A DNA stretch of 64,000 nucleotides. Source: Rhodothermales bacterium (lineage in GTDB: Bacteria; Bacteroidota; Rhodothermia; Rhodothermales; Bin80). A program made the position numbers and the translations under genes. Position 1 is the first letter of the stretch. Every line of letters starts with the position of its first letter. Below the pieces are notes generated by a model. It did not search any database and was not told the DNA's origin. It saw only the letters and a list, made by a program, of their open reading frames with translations. Location: NCBI GenBank assembly GCA_965262785.1, contig OZ253559.1:3378457-3442456 (forward strand). The letters are read 5' to 3'. Shown here one piece after another: positions 17,990 through 27,841 of this stretch.

Positions 17990-18469
17990 GTAGCCACCTC
18001 TTGGAGAAAGCCGGTATTCTCTAGGTTCGATTTCGTAATTACATGTTTTGCAAAGTACCCGTTTTTCTTGTCGTTTGATCCTCTTCCGGCAGTCGGGCCG
18101 CCGCCTCGCGCGCCCCACCTCCATAGGCACTTCCTGACTCGACTTGCCCCACAGATTGCCAAGAGCCACATGGTGGTTGCTGGATACGTGCATCCAAGAA
18201 GCACCGGTGCACGAACAAAAGGGCTGATTCCCGCTCGAAGCGTGCCCAAAACAGCGCTTACTGTCACCAAATAAATGCTCCAGAAGGCTGGAATCAGCAT
18301 TTGCATGCTCAGACCGTGACCCATTGGCTGCAGACGCCTCGAATCATGGCCATTCAAGACCTTGGCGAGCGATGCGGGCTAGATCTATACCTCGAATGCG
18401 TCCGCAGGTGAGTTTACCCACTAAAAAAGGGGTGGAGCCTCACTGCTTATTGGCACAGAGGGGCTTCGT

Positions 18470-19288
18470 TTACGGTATTCGGAGCAGGCAGTTTCCCTTG
18501 TGCACTGTCGTAATGTGATCAGGAATCCTACTATGATCAAGTACCGGCAACTCTAGATTGGTTTTGGTCGTGCTATTCTTGATCAAGAAGGCCAGCAACG
18601 TGTCTCTGATGTACGTTAGCGCGTACCAAGTACTGAGATCCATCTCTTGGAAATCAGGCGACCTCCCGTGGCGAACCAAATCTGCATGCTGTTTGATAAG
18701 CGTGTAGATTGCACACTGATTCGTTCCCAGTGATTCGTGCATTTTCTCCCAATCCCCACCAAAATGCTCACACAGGATCTCCAGTGCCCGGTAACAGTGA
18801 AAGGGGGCGTCCTGCGACCAGCGCAGGGCTGTTGTGTAATTCCCCACGGCCATTCCGAATTGAGTGTTACATACCGACATTTCCGCGACAAGACTAGCAA
18901 CATTTTTTGCGTCTCTAAACCTCAAATCACCAGCTCTAGGGCCAAATTTGAGTCTAGGGCCTAATTCCCGTACACAGCCAGCAGAGTCCTCAATCTTGAA
19001 AATATGAGTTGAGTAACATAAGCCCTCTGCGAAACTAACCACGGAAAGCCACATGTCGGCAAAATACTGGGCGGCCCTCAGCACAAGGGTCCGCTGCGCT
19101 CGGCTATCAACGCCCTCGTGGGCACTCGGGACATCCAGCTTTACACGCACTATTGAATGCACAATCTCTGTGGTTGAATTCCAGTCTTCTACCTCTAACT
19201 GAACTTCAGCCAAGATCAACTCATTGTTCTGTGGGACTAGGTCGCCAGTACATATGAACACTTCTCGTTGCATTGGAGCACGGTTCAT
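18470..19288 (-). CDS. hypothetical protein (orphan, AT-richer island gene)
   Basis: The ORF runs to 19648, but its first ~120 codons overlap the IS1595 remnant in another frame. ATG 19288 or 19273 (MNRAPMQREVF..) is the plausible start. No recognised motifs apart from ..LIKQHADLVRHGRS... Confidence 0.5.
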   Translation of the reverse strand: MNRAPMQREVFICTGDLVPQNNELILAEVQLEVEDWNSTTEIVHSIVRVKLDVPSAHEGVDSRAQRTLVLRAAQYFADMWLSVVSFAEGLCYSTHIFKIEDSAGCVRELGPRLKFGPRAGDLRFRDAKNVASLVAEMSVCNTQFGMAVGNYTTALRWSQDAPFHCYRALEILCEHFGGDWEKMHESLGTNQCAIYTLIKQHADLVRHGRSPDFQEMDLSTWYALTYIRDTLLAFLIKNSTTKTNLELPVLDHSRIPDHITTVHKGNCLLRIP

Positions 19289-19338
19289 TCCGGCCAGCAT
19301 GGGTTCAGCCCAAAGTGCAGTATGAACCAAGCCGACTC

Positions 19339-19602
19339 CTAAGGGATGCCCAAATCCCTGTGGAGTTTCATTCTGGACATGCCCTTGAGGCTGCTCACCT
19401 GAAGGTAATTGCCGATTGCCCACTTCTGCAATGGAATCTTGGTGTGCGCCAGGATATTTCCGCTGCGCACGCTGAAATAGCCGCGGCATGCTTCGCATGC
19501 CCACTTCAAGGGCTTCTGGTTCATGACCAACTGATGCGGTCGCGGCTGCCGCAATGCGGGCAAACGGGACCCTTCTTGCCTCACGGCACGCCGTCCAGCC
19601 AT
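19339..19602 (-). pseudogene. IS1595-family transposase N-terminal remnant
   Basis: ..ACEACRGYFSVRSGNILAHTKIPLQKWAIGNYLQVSSLKGMSRMKLHRDLGIP resembles the zinc-ribbon/HTH N-terminus of IS1595 (ISXO2-like) transposases (..FSVrtGTif..sklpLrkWl.a.yl......gvSs..L.reLgi.). No DDE domain follows. Confidence 0.6.
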
Positions 19603-19728
19603 TTCTCGGCTGATTCTTCGTATTCGTACACAGACAGCAGAAATGCAATACTCAACTGCCCGGTGAGTTTGACCGGAACGCCCTGTGTGCGCACAGAGCA
19701 GTCAGTGAACTGGAGTTGCGCAATTAGG

Positions 19729-21372
19729 TCACGGTAGCTCTGGAATGCAACTGCGTATTGCCTTGGCTTTGTCACCCGCTGCGTCACTCTTGAGAATCCT
19801 TACCAACCAACTCTCGAATTTATCGCGTTTAGTATTCTTCAAATGTCGGGCTGCCAACGCCAAAAGCCCCTTGTTGTCGAAGCACGACAAAAGACACCGA
19901 ATGTCTCTGTCTTTAACCGTACGCTCTATCGTAGCTTTTGCGTCTGCTGCAATGCTCCCAAGATCGAACCCGGTGATTAGATTATTGTAGTTGGCCACTA
20001 TGCCTTCGATACTGGAATTCTTGCCCAGGTCAATACTCCTGAGTAGCCGGTATACACGTCGCTTACAATACCGGGCCACTGCACGGTCAATTTGACTCGA
20101 AGCCACCACGAACTTGAATACTTCGCTTTCTAACGCGCTCACTAGACATTCCAGCTCTGCGCCCGTGTATCCGTCGTGCTTTGCGATGGCACGGCTGACC
20201 TCCGGCATCAGAACTAGGTTCTCAATTTCCGCGACTGGTAACACCGCAATTCCCAAGCGACCAAGACGTTCAATTTCCTCCTGATTTAAATCGTCCGCAT
20301 CGACAATACCTGAGCACTCCAACCGCGTTAGCGATGCGTTATTGCGCATTGATGTTACAGCATGGATTACGTCCTCGCAAGATCCTCTCGGCACCACCAG
20401 CCGATTTGGAAAGCAACATCTGTAGAGGGCGCAATCCAAACTGGAGTCCGTACCCTCGACAAAAATCACTCGATGGCGGCTGCCCAGGATTAGCGTCTCA
20501 AGCTCCTCTCCAAACCCAGTTTCGCCAGTTACTTGTTTGATCTCCCATTTTTGCCCTGGTCCATATTCGCGAAGGACAAACTTCTGGCCGACTCGTGCCA
20601 CTGCAAACTCCAAATCGTGAGTAATGAAAACAAATGCACAGTCTGACCGCACAGACTCCAATTCATCCCAAAGTCTCGCCATGATCGAGCGATGGACATG
20701 AAGTTCGGGCTCGTCGATGATTAGTAGCGATTTATCCTTCGCCATTAATGCTTGGCCAATCAGGTAGAAAACCGCACGTTCCCCGTCGCTCATCTCCGAT
20801 GCGGAAAATATCGAGTCAGTACCCGAAATCGAGACCCTGATATCATCGCCACTTACCTTGAGTCTCCGTCCTGGAAATAACCGCTCCCATACGCTGCATA
20901 GTAGTTCGAATTTCGTTGCCTCTACAGAACCGGAATCTTTTGCCCGAGCTCGTTTGTGGCTCGTTAGGGCCGTGTTTGTTTGCTCTGCGTAGAGTGCCTG
21001 AACTAAGTAGTCAAAGTCATTCAGCAATATCACGGCCGCTTTATCCTGCCATCTGTGCCCGCTTCGGACGGACTTAGCATTGGGGCCGGTCGCCTTAGCA
21101 TAGCCCACCCTCAATTTTGCCAATGCGGCTTCCTCCGAAATCTTGACAACACCTGGGTTTAGCGTAAGTGCTCGGTGCGCCGAAATTCGATGGGCGATGA
21201 GGCCTTGGTTTTCCTCAATGTACACAGCTAGTCGCGTCTTCCCGCTGCCATTCGCTCCGCAAAAAAATACCGAAGCTCCAGCCTCTAAGCTGACTTCGTT
21301 GACACCCTGCTTGCTTGCTTGGAATCGAAAACTTGAATGGCATTTTGATTCAATGTTCGTCCGCCAAACCAC
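19729..21372 (-). CDS. ABC-type ATPase fused to DUF4435/TOPRIM-like domain (OLD / fused PARIS AriA-AriB-like)
   Basis: GTG 21372. Walker A FCGANGSGKT. Walker B LLIIDEPELHVH. H-loop FITHD. Then VIFVEGTDSSLD, GIVDADD (DxD) and LPVAEIENLVL, as in DUF4435. 26 nt downstream of the Type ISP gene on the same strand. Confidence 0.8.
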   Translation of the reverse strand: MVWRTNIESKCHSSFRFQASKQGVNEVSLEAGASVFFCGANGSGKTRLAVYIEENQGLIAHRISAHRALTLNPGVVKISEEAALAKLRVGYAKATGPNAKSVRSGHRWQDKAAVILLNDFDYLVQALYAEQTNTALTSHKRARAKDSGSVEATKFELLCSVWERLFPGRRLKVSGDDIRVSISGTDSIFSASEMSDGERAVFYLIGQALMAKDKSLLIIDEPELHVHRSIMARLWDELESVRSDCAFVFITHDLEFAVARVGQKFVLREYGPGQKWEIKQVTGETGFGEELETLILGSRHRVIFVEGTDSSLDCALYRCCFPNRLVVPRGSCEDVIHAVTSMRNNASLTRLECSGIVDADDLNQEEIERLGRLGIAVLPVAEIENLVLMPEVSRAIAKHDGYTGAELECLVSALESEVFKFVVASSQIDRAVARYCKRRVYRLLRSIDLGKNSSIEGIVANYNNLITGFDLGSIAADAKATIERTVKDRDIRCLLSCFDNKGLLALAARHLKNTKRDKFESWLVRILKSDAAGDKAKAIRSCIPELP

Positions 21373-21398
21373 GTGAAAAACATGCCGTGGCGCCTACG

Positions 21399-24300
21399 CT
21401 AGGAGCATTTCGTTACAGAATTGACAGGATGGGATTCTAGGTCCCACGCGGGCTCGGGTAGTTGGCTCACAATCCGTAGGGTATCCATGCTCACGCGAAT
21501 GACTCTGGCCAACAGCTTGAGCGGGTAGGCGGGGTCCTGCATGGTTTCCAGGGCGAAGCGGTTGGCATCGTTGACGATGCCACTGGCTTTGTGGGTCTTG
21601 ACACACTGGCGTTCCATGGCCCAAGCGATGGCCGGTTTTCCATTGACCATGTAGCCATATGCCTCTTCGGGGATGCCGCTCACGGTGATGTAGTCGTTGT
21701 ACCGCACACGCGTTCTGTCCTTGGCTCTTCCACTGCCGGGATGGCGCATGGGCTTGCCGACGCGAAACCACTCCATGGCCGCGCATCCTGCCCTCGGTTT
21801 CCAACCACCGTTTTCAAACTCGATGGGCCAGGGCTCCACCGCATCGTAATGAGTGTGAAGATCTCCCAGCCGCTGACCGGCCTGCGCCAGTGTCCAGAAT
21901 TCTTCCAGCTTCTCAGGAACCGGTATTCGGGGCAACTCCTTTCGCAGGTTCGCCGCGTACTTGACGCGGTACGCGGGCACGTGAAGCACGCCGTACACGT
22001 ATTGAAAGAGGTGACCGGCGGTCAGCTCAGGTCCGACACCCTGCTTTTCTCGAAATGCATCCAACGCCTCGTCGCTAATCGCACTTTGGCGCACGTACCC
22101 ATGGGCGTCGGTCTTGCCGCCATCGGCAAACAAGCGACGCCCAGACGTGTTGGGCTTGGTATACAGCCATCGCGGAAAGCACTGGCCCTTAGCAATCATA
22201 TCCAGATTGGGTATAACCTGTACCATCAGACACGAAAAGTCGTCACTTCCACCCCGTCCCGTCACACAGATCACCCGATTCTCAGCCTCTCCGTGCGGAA
22301 ACAGCTTCGGGATCTGGTAGACCCTGTCGTTCAGGCTACGGCTCAGGTAGAGGTACTGCCGCGTGAAGGGCCTGTATAGTGACGTCGCAATGCGCCCTTC
22401 TTCAATGCTGAGTCTTTTGTTCCCACGCAATTGGGTTTTCAGGCCGTCCGACCAGCTAATTTTCGTGGAATCGTTGCTAATGAAGCGGGTAATCTTCGCC
22501 TTGGACAATCTTTGCGCTGCCACTATCCGGTCCTGGAGTCGCAGTCGCTCCGCGCTGTAGAAGCGAATCATGGCCTGGATGTTGTCGCGAAGCGCTGCCT
22601 TAGAATTGTTATAGCACCATGCGTCGCGACTGGTCGCTACGCCACGCGTGTAGTTTTTGAAAATCTTTTCGCCAATCTGCGGACCTCTGGATTTGTCTCC
22701 CATAGCCATGAACTTTGCAAATCCAGCTTCACGCTGGTTAAGCCAGTCATGGTGCGCATCTGGTTTTAATTCTGTCCAGCCTCCGCTGGCATCTACACCG
22801 CTGATTCCACGGTACACGGCCACCTTTTCCAGCTTTTCCTCGCGGCTGAGGTAGTCCCCAATGTCGTGGAACCGGATCCTGCACCCTTGACGCTCCGGGT
22901 TGCGCACCAACAGGGTAATTGCCACCGGTGCCCGCGACCCCGCCCCAAATACCTTGCCCCCTTCCTGCCGCGACCGTTCGCCCTGCGTCCGCTGGTTCCC
23001 CCGCAAATGGAGCACATGAATGCCCGTAAATTCTTCCGCCAGGCACTTGCGCATGCCGTCCATGGCACTGCCGTCCAGCCAGCCAGCATTGGTTACGAAT
23101 CCGATGACACCACTATCCCCAATGCGATCAGACGCCCAACGAATCGCCCGCACATAGCTGTCGTAGAGGCTGTTCTTATTCTTTGCACTGGAATGATCGG
23201 CGTACTCACGGGCGATCCGATCATCCAATACCGGATATTCTTGATTTCGTGCTGCATCGTTCTCGCTCTTCTGACCTGCAGACCACGGCGGATTACTCAC
23301 GATCACCCGGATGCGTGCATCCTTCTGCATCTTGCGCTGCTCGGAATTCTCCGGCAGAATGTTCGCGATCATGTCTGGACTATCCTGCATTTCGAATGTG
23401 TCCGTCAGGATGATCCCTGGGAAGCGCTGGTATTCGTCCGCTCCTACGGCGGCGTGATAGGCTGCTTCAATGTTTACCGCCGCGATGTAGTACGCGAGCA
23501 GCATGATTTCATTGGCATGGATTTCTGACCCGTACCTCCTGGCCAAAGATTCAGGCTTAATCAGGCCGTTCTGAATGATGCGCGTGATGAATGTGCCCGT
23601 ACCGGTAAAGGGATCCAGGATTTGTACGCCGTCCGAGGACAGCGACTGGCCAAATTCTGTGCGTAGCACCTCATCCACCGAGTGCAGGATGAAGTCCACG
23701 ATCTCAATGGGCGTATATACGATGCCCAGCTTCTCTACCGTCTTCGGGAAGGCATTCCGGAAGAACTTGTCGTACAGTTCCGTGATTATCTTCTGCCGAG
23801 CGAGTGGCGTGTTCGCAGCCTTGGCCCGCCGGGCCACGCTATCATAGAATTCGCCCAGGCTTTCGGCTTCAGCTTCAATACGCGCGGGTGCCAGTACGTC
23901 CAGGACCAGCTGCATGCCTTTGCTGACAGGATTCTGATTGGCGAATCGGGCATCGCCGTGCAGCGCTTCGAATACTGGACGCGTCACCATGTGCTGGGCG
24001 AGCATTTCAATGGCATCTTGCTTGGATATGCCCTCGTTCAGGTCATCGCGTAGCTCCGTCAGAAACTCTTCAAACACCTCTTGCGCCGCCTCGTCGGCAG
24101 TAACCATGGCCTCGATCCGCACAATGTGCCGCCGGGCAATGTCCGCGACATCCCCTGCCCACTCGTCCCAGTAGCGCCGGTTGCCGCACTTTTCCACAAT
24201 CTTGGCCCTTATCGCCGCTGGCAGATCAAACTGAAGGACTAGTGGCTTTACGACTGGGCCATTGAGTTTCTTGACCCGCTTACCATTTTCGCCAATTCCG

Positions 24301-26333
24301 GGGCCAGAATCTCGCCCCTTTGGCCGCCAATCGGCAAGCGCAACGATGCTCAAGTGCTTGCCAGGCTTCCCTTCCTCCAAGAGGTTGAGCATAGCCTCGA
24401 ACCGCTCATCGTGTGACCGAATGGCATTGAGCACTTGCCAGACTACACGGAACGTGTCAGACTTTTCTAAGGCGGCTGTGGGATCCGTGTTGGAGGGAAT
24501 CACCACGGGAAGCACGACATACCCCATACGCTTTCCCGATGCGCGCCGCATAACCCGACCGACGGCCTGCACGATTTCAATCTGACCCTTGCGTGGGTGC
24601 ATGAACACGATGGCATCCAAAGCGGGAACATCCACGCCTTCCGCTAAGCAGCGAGCATTGGAGAGCACACGGCACGCTCGATCAGCGGGACGCACGCCAT
24701 CAAGCCAGGCCAACTGTTCCCCTCGCTGGACTGCATTGAAGGTACCGTCCACATGCCTTGCTGAAACCTCGTAATTCGGTACTTGGCCGTGCTCCGCCGC
24801 CACTGGTGATGCGCGATATTCGCGCGCAACGTCACTGAAAAGTCTTTCCACCAGTTTGGAGGACTTGATGTCGCGGCAGTACGCGATAGCCCGCCGCATG
24901 GGCAGCCGATCATCGTCTGGAAATTCCTCCTCATCCGCCTTTGCCAATGCCCGCCAGCACCCCATGAGTTTGCCAGCATCCGTGAGCTTGAGTTCATACT
25001 TGGCCAGTGACTCATGAACTCCCCGAGCGACGGCATCTTCCAGAACCGTCAACACGATTACCTTGTAGTCAGAAAGAAGACCTTGCTCTACCGCATTCCC
25101 GAAGCCGATCTCGTACAAGACGGGGCCGTATAGCTCTTCATCCTCCATGGAGCACAGCGCGGCATTCACTTCGCCCGCCTTGCTGCGCGCAGACGCCGCG
25201 TACACTTTGGGCGTGGCGGTCATGTACAGCCGCCGATCCGCCTGGACATTCTGCTGGTCGTGGATCTGCACAAAATGACTCTCTTCCTCACCGGCGATTC
25301 GTGCCCCCGCCGTGCGGTGGGCCTCGTCACAGATGGCCAAGTCGAAGTCCGGTAGCCCATGATTCCGCTGGGCTTCGGCAATCACGGGAAGCGAGTGGTA
25401 CGTAGCAAATACCACGGTCAGCTGACCCAATGCGGGCGGAGCAGCTTCCTGCGCCAGCTTGGCCGCATCAGTAGACGCTGGAAAGGCCAGATCCAGCGCG
25501 TCCATATCGATGCGGTCGTCGTTTCGTCGACGACGCCGGCCGACCTGCGCATCAGAACATGCGGCGAACGCTCGTAGCGACAGCCTCGTATCCGCCGCCC
25601 ATTCCCTCACAGTTTGGGACATTAGGGCCAGGCTGGGCACCAGGTACAGCACGCGCCCTCCGCGCCCCGCAAGGTCCTCTGCAATTCGAAGCGACGTGAA
25701 GGTTTTACCCGTACCGCACGCCATAATGAGCTTGCCGCGGGACCCATGCTCGGCCAGACCGCTCAGGGTCTTGCTGATTGCCTCCTCCTGGTGTGGGCGC
25801 GGCGTCTTGGGCTCCCTGCGCTCAATCTCCGCACTCAGTGCATACTTGGCCCAGTCGATGGGGCTCATGCGGAGCTCATGGAGTCCAATCCTGGATACGG
25901 GCACCGCCTGGATGCGGGCCACTGCTTCCGCCGAAGCACTCCAGTCTTCGCCGGTCGTGTCAATGACTACACGGCGCGTGAAGTCGCTGCTGCCCGAAGC
26001 AGACAGGAACGAGTCAATCGCTGCTTTGGGGAGCGGCTTGCCTTCGGCCCAGAACTTGCACTGGATAGCACACCAGCCTTTCCCACCACGGACCTTGGCT
26101 ACTAAGTCTATGCCGAGGTCTGTCTCAGGCAGCCCCCGCTCTCTGGCCCAATCTCCGTAACGCACAGGTGGCTCATATTGCGTCGTTTGTGTCGGATCGT
26201 GCGTCAGATACGCTATGCACAGCCGCTCAAAGGCAGTGCCCTTGAAGCGTTCTCGGCTATACGCTGAATCCGCAGCCTCGTCGCGCCACGCGTTCAGAAT
26301 TCCATCAAGAATTGATGTGGCGGATGGTTTCAT
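21399..26333 (-). CDS. Type ISP restriction-modification enzyme (Mrr-like nuclease + SF2 helicase motor + N6-adenine methyltransferase + target-recognition domain)
   Basis: 1644 aa. N-terminal PD-(D/E)xK segment (GIDLVAKVRGGKGWCAIQCKFW). Helicase motifs MACGTGKTF, AICDEAHRTAG, MTATPK, QAVGRVMRR. Methyltransferase motifs ILDPFTGTGTF and VSNPPWSAG (NPPW). C-terminal ..VLHVPAYRVKYAANLRKELPRIPVP.. is typical of LlaGI/LlaBIII-type enzymes. Confidence 0.9.
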   Translation of the reverse strand: MKPSATSILDGILNAWRDEAADSAYSRERFKGTAFERLCIAYLTHDPTQTTQYEPPVRYGDWARERGLPETDLGIDLVAKVRGGKGWCAIQCKFWAEGKPLPKAAIDSFLSASGSSDFTRRVVIDTTGEDWSASAEAVARIQAVPVSRIGLHELRMSPIDWAKYALSAEIERREPKTPRPHQEEAISKTLSGLAEHGSRGKLIMACGTGKTFTSLRIAEDLAGRGGRVLYLVPSLALMSQTVREWAADTRLSLRAFAACSDAQVGRRRRRNDDRIDMDALDLAFPASTDAAKLAQEAAPPALGQLTVVFATYHSLPVIAEAQRNHGLPDFDLAICDEAHRTAGARIAGEEESHFVQIHDQQNVQADRRLYMTATPKVYAASARSKAGEVNAALCSMEDEELYGPVLYEIGFGNAVEQGLLSDYKVIVLTVLEDAVARGVHESLAKYELKLTDAGKLMGCWRALAKADEEEFPDDDRLPMRRAIAYCRDIKSSKLVERLFSDVAREYRASPVAAEHGQVPNYEVSARHVDGTFNAVQRGEQLAWLDGVRPADRACRVLSNARCLAEGVDVPALDAIVFMHPRKGQIEIVQAVGRVMRRASGKRMGYVVLPVVIPSNTDPTAALEKSDTFRVVWQVLNAIRSHDERFEAMLNLLEEGKPGKHLSIVALADWRPKGRDSGPGIGENGKRVKKLNGPVVKPLVLQFDLPAAIRAKIVEKCGNRRYWDEWAGDVADIARRHIVRIEAMVTADEAAQEVFEEFLTELRDDLNEGISKQDAIEMLAQHMVTRPVFEALHGDARFANQNPVSKGMQLVLDVLAPARIEAEAESLGEFYDSVARRAKAANTPLARQKIITELYDKFFRNAFPKTVEKLGIVYTPIEIVDFILHSVDEVLRTEFGQSLSSDGVQILDPFTGTGTFITRIIQNGLIKPESLARRYGSEIHANEIMLLAYYIAAVNIEAAYHAAVGADEYQRFPGIILTDTFEMQDSPDMIANILPENSEQRKMQKDARIRVIVSNPPWSAGQKSENDAARNQEYPVLDDRIAREYADHSSAKNKNSLYDSYVRAIRWASDRIGDSGVIGFVTNAGWLDGSAMDGMRKCLAEEFTGIHVLHLRGNQRTQGERSRQEGGKVFGAGSRAPVAITLLVRNPERQGCRIRFHDIGDYLSREEKLEKVAVYRGISGVDASGGWTELKPDAHHDWLNQREAGFAKFMAMGDKSRGPQIGEKIFKNYTRGVATSRDAWCYNNSKAALRDNIQAMIRFYSAERLRLQDRIVAAQRLSKAKITRFISNDSTKISWSDGLKTQLRGNKRLSIEEGRIATSLYRPFTRQYLYLSRSLNDRVYQIPKLFPHGEAENRVICVTGRGGSDDFSCLMVQVIPNLDMIAKGQCFPRWLYTKPNTSGRRLFADGGKTDAHGYVRQSAISDEALDAFREKQGVGPELTAGHLFQYVYGVLHVPAYRVKYAANLRKELPRIPVPEKLEEFWTLAQAGQRLGDLHTHYDAVEPWPIEFENGGWKPRAGCAAMEWFRVGKPMRHPGSGRAKDRTRVRYNDYITVSGIPEEAYGYMVNGKPAIAWAMERQCVKTHKASGIVNDANRFALETMQDPAYPLKLLARVIRVSMDTLRIVSQLPEPAWDLESHPVNSVTKCS

Positions 26334-26539
26334 CTGCTATCAAGAGATTCTAAAGTCCTGCCCTGTAAATTGTGCTGCACAACACTCCCCGAAAAGGTCT
26401 GAATCACCTGCTCACGCCTCCATTCCTCAATTAATTGCACCACATCGGTAGTCGTGCGAAAAGGACGATGGCTCACTCTAGGCAACGACAACGCAGCCGT
26501 AGCCGCATCCAACAACGCCTCTTGCTTGTCATTTGGCAC
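26330..26539 (-). CDS. small hypothetical protein coupled to the Type ISP gene
   Basis: 69-aa ORF whose TGA overlaps the Type ISP ATG (ATGA at 26330..26333). No recognisable motif. Confidence 0.4.
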   Translation of the reverse strand: MPNDKQEALLDAATAALSLPRVSHRPFRTTTDVVQLIEEWRREQVIQTFSGSVVQHNLQGRTLESLDSR

Positions 26540-26628
26540 GCATTTACCCTTTGTGACGGATCACGTTTAAGTCGAAATGAGCCTGTGCAAACCCTAAAAG
26601 GTACCCCGAAAATTGGATAGGCCATCTC

Positions 26629-27687
26629 TTACACTCTCTCCAGCTTGATTGGATAGCTTTTATTCGCATTCCATTGGCACACATAGAGGTTCTTGTCGGT
26701 ATCCACGCAGACGTCATGGCAGTGATTGAAGATGGACTCCGCCTGAAGCATCAGCTGCAGCACGCCGTTCTCGTACTCCGGCTCGGTGCCACCGGGGTTC
26801 GAAACCACCCGGTCTTGGCTGTCCAGGATCGTTACGAAGCCCGAGTCGGGCGTCTGGTTCAGATACCGGAGCCTTGACCAGCATACGCCCGAATAGAGCA
26901 TGTCGTCGTCAATCACTGCGCGGCATACGAATGCGCCGGGCAGGAAAATCGTCGAAAGGTACTCGCCCAAAAGGCTATACCGCTTGAATGCATTGTGCGC
27001 CCGCGAAGTGCAGATCAGCGTCGGCTCGCCTTCACCGCGCGAGTCAAGACATACGCCATGCGCCGTCTGAAACTGGTGGTCCGCATCGCCCCGTCCCCCG
27101 AACTTGCGAATAAACTCGCCCTCCATCGAATACTGCAAAATCCACTGCGACCCGTAGCCGTCAGCGACATAGATATCTCCATTTGGGCCAATCGCCGTCT
27201 CCGTCGGATGGTAAGGGTCGTCGGTGCCGTACGCCCCGACCGCTCTTGGGTGCGGTAGGCGAATAAGCACGCGTCCGTCCAGTGTGGTCTTAACTACCTG
27301 CGGGTTGTCGTCAAAGCCGTTGTCGCAGATGAAGAGAAATTCCTCATCGCCCGCATCCCATAGCGTGAGCCCGTGCCCGTACGGGTACTCGGTGCCCCAG
27401 GTCTTAATCAGCTTGCCAGCGGTGTCGTAGATCAGGACGTTGTTCCTGGTCTCGTCCCCGATCATTATCAGGCGTCCACGCCTGTCCTGGACCATCTCAT
27501 GGCAGTTGTTGACCGGCGTATGGCTGGCATCCAGCTTGCCCCAGTCCCGGTGCACGCGGTAGCGAAAGTCGCCGTGACCGATGATCTCCTGCGGCTGCGG
27601 TGCCCTCTTGATGATGTGAAAGGCCGGCGCCGCGGCAGCCACACCGGCTACGCGCCGCACGAAGTCCCTACGATTGATCTTGCTCAT
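26629..27687 (-). CDS. Tat-secreted NHL-repeat beta-propeller protein (peptidyl-alpha-hydroxyglycine lyase-like)
   Basis: MSKINRRDFVRRVAGVAAAAPAF is a Tat signal. NHL-like blades: ..GPNGDIYVADGYGSQWILQYSMEGEFIRKFGGRG.., ..HGVCLD.., ..CHDVCVDTDKNLYVCQW... Confidence 0.8.
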   Translation of the reverse strand: MSKINRRDFVRRVAGVAAAAPAFHIIKRAPQPQEIIGHGDFRYRVHRDWGKLDASHTPVNNCHEMVQDRRGRLIMIGDETRNNVLIYDTAGKLIKTWGTEYPYGHGLTLWDAGDEEFLFICDNGFDDNPQVVKTTLDGRVLIRLPHPRAVGAYGTDDPYHPTETAIGPNGDIYVADGYGSQWILQYSMEGEFIRKFGGRGDADHQFQTAHGVCLDSRGEGEPTLICTSRAHNAFKRYSLLGEYLSTIFLPGAFVCRAVIDDDMLYSGVCWSRLRYLNQTPDSGFVTILDSQDRVVSNPGGTEPEYENGVLQLMLQAESIFNHCHDVCVDTDKNLYVCQWNANKSYPIKLERV

Positions 27688-27841
27688 GCTGCTGCACGGA
27701 ATGCCCTGTTAGTTCGTGTGCAGAATGTACGGTCACCTGCCCGTTGTTACAACCGGAATGTCCTCTCGAGCCCGTGGCACAATGACCACACGACTTCGTT
27801 GCAGACTGCCGCGCCGCCCATTCAACACGCACTCCCGCCAT

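Noticed and set aside
17765-18193. Long N-terminal extensions of the DUF433 ORF (to 18193) and the DUF5615 ORF (to 17930).
   Set aside because: The extensions overlap each other or the upstream region and have no family similarity (Arg/Cys-rich). Domain similarity starts at ATG 17989 and near 17768 respectively.
19289-19648. First ~120 codons of ORF 18470..19648.
   Set aside because: They overlap, in another frame, the segment that clearly encodes an IS1595 transposase N-terminus. A downstream Met (19288/19273) is the more plausible start.
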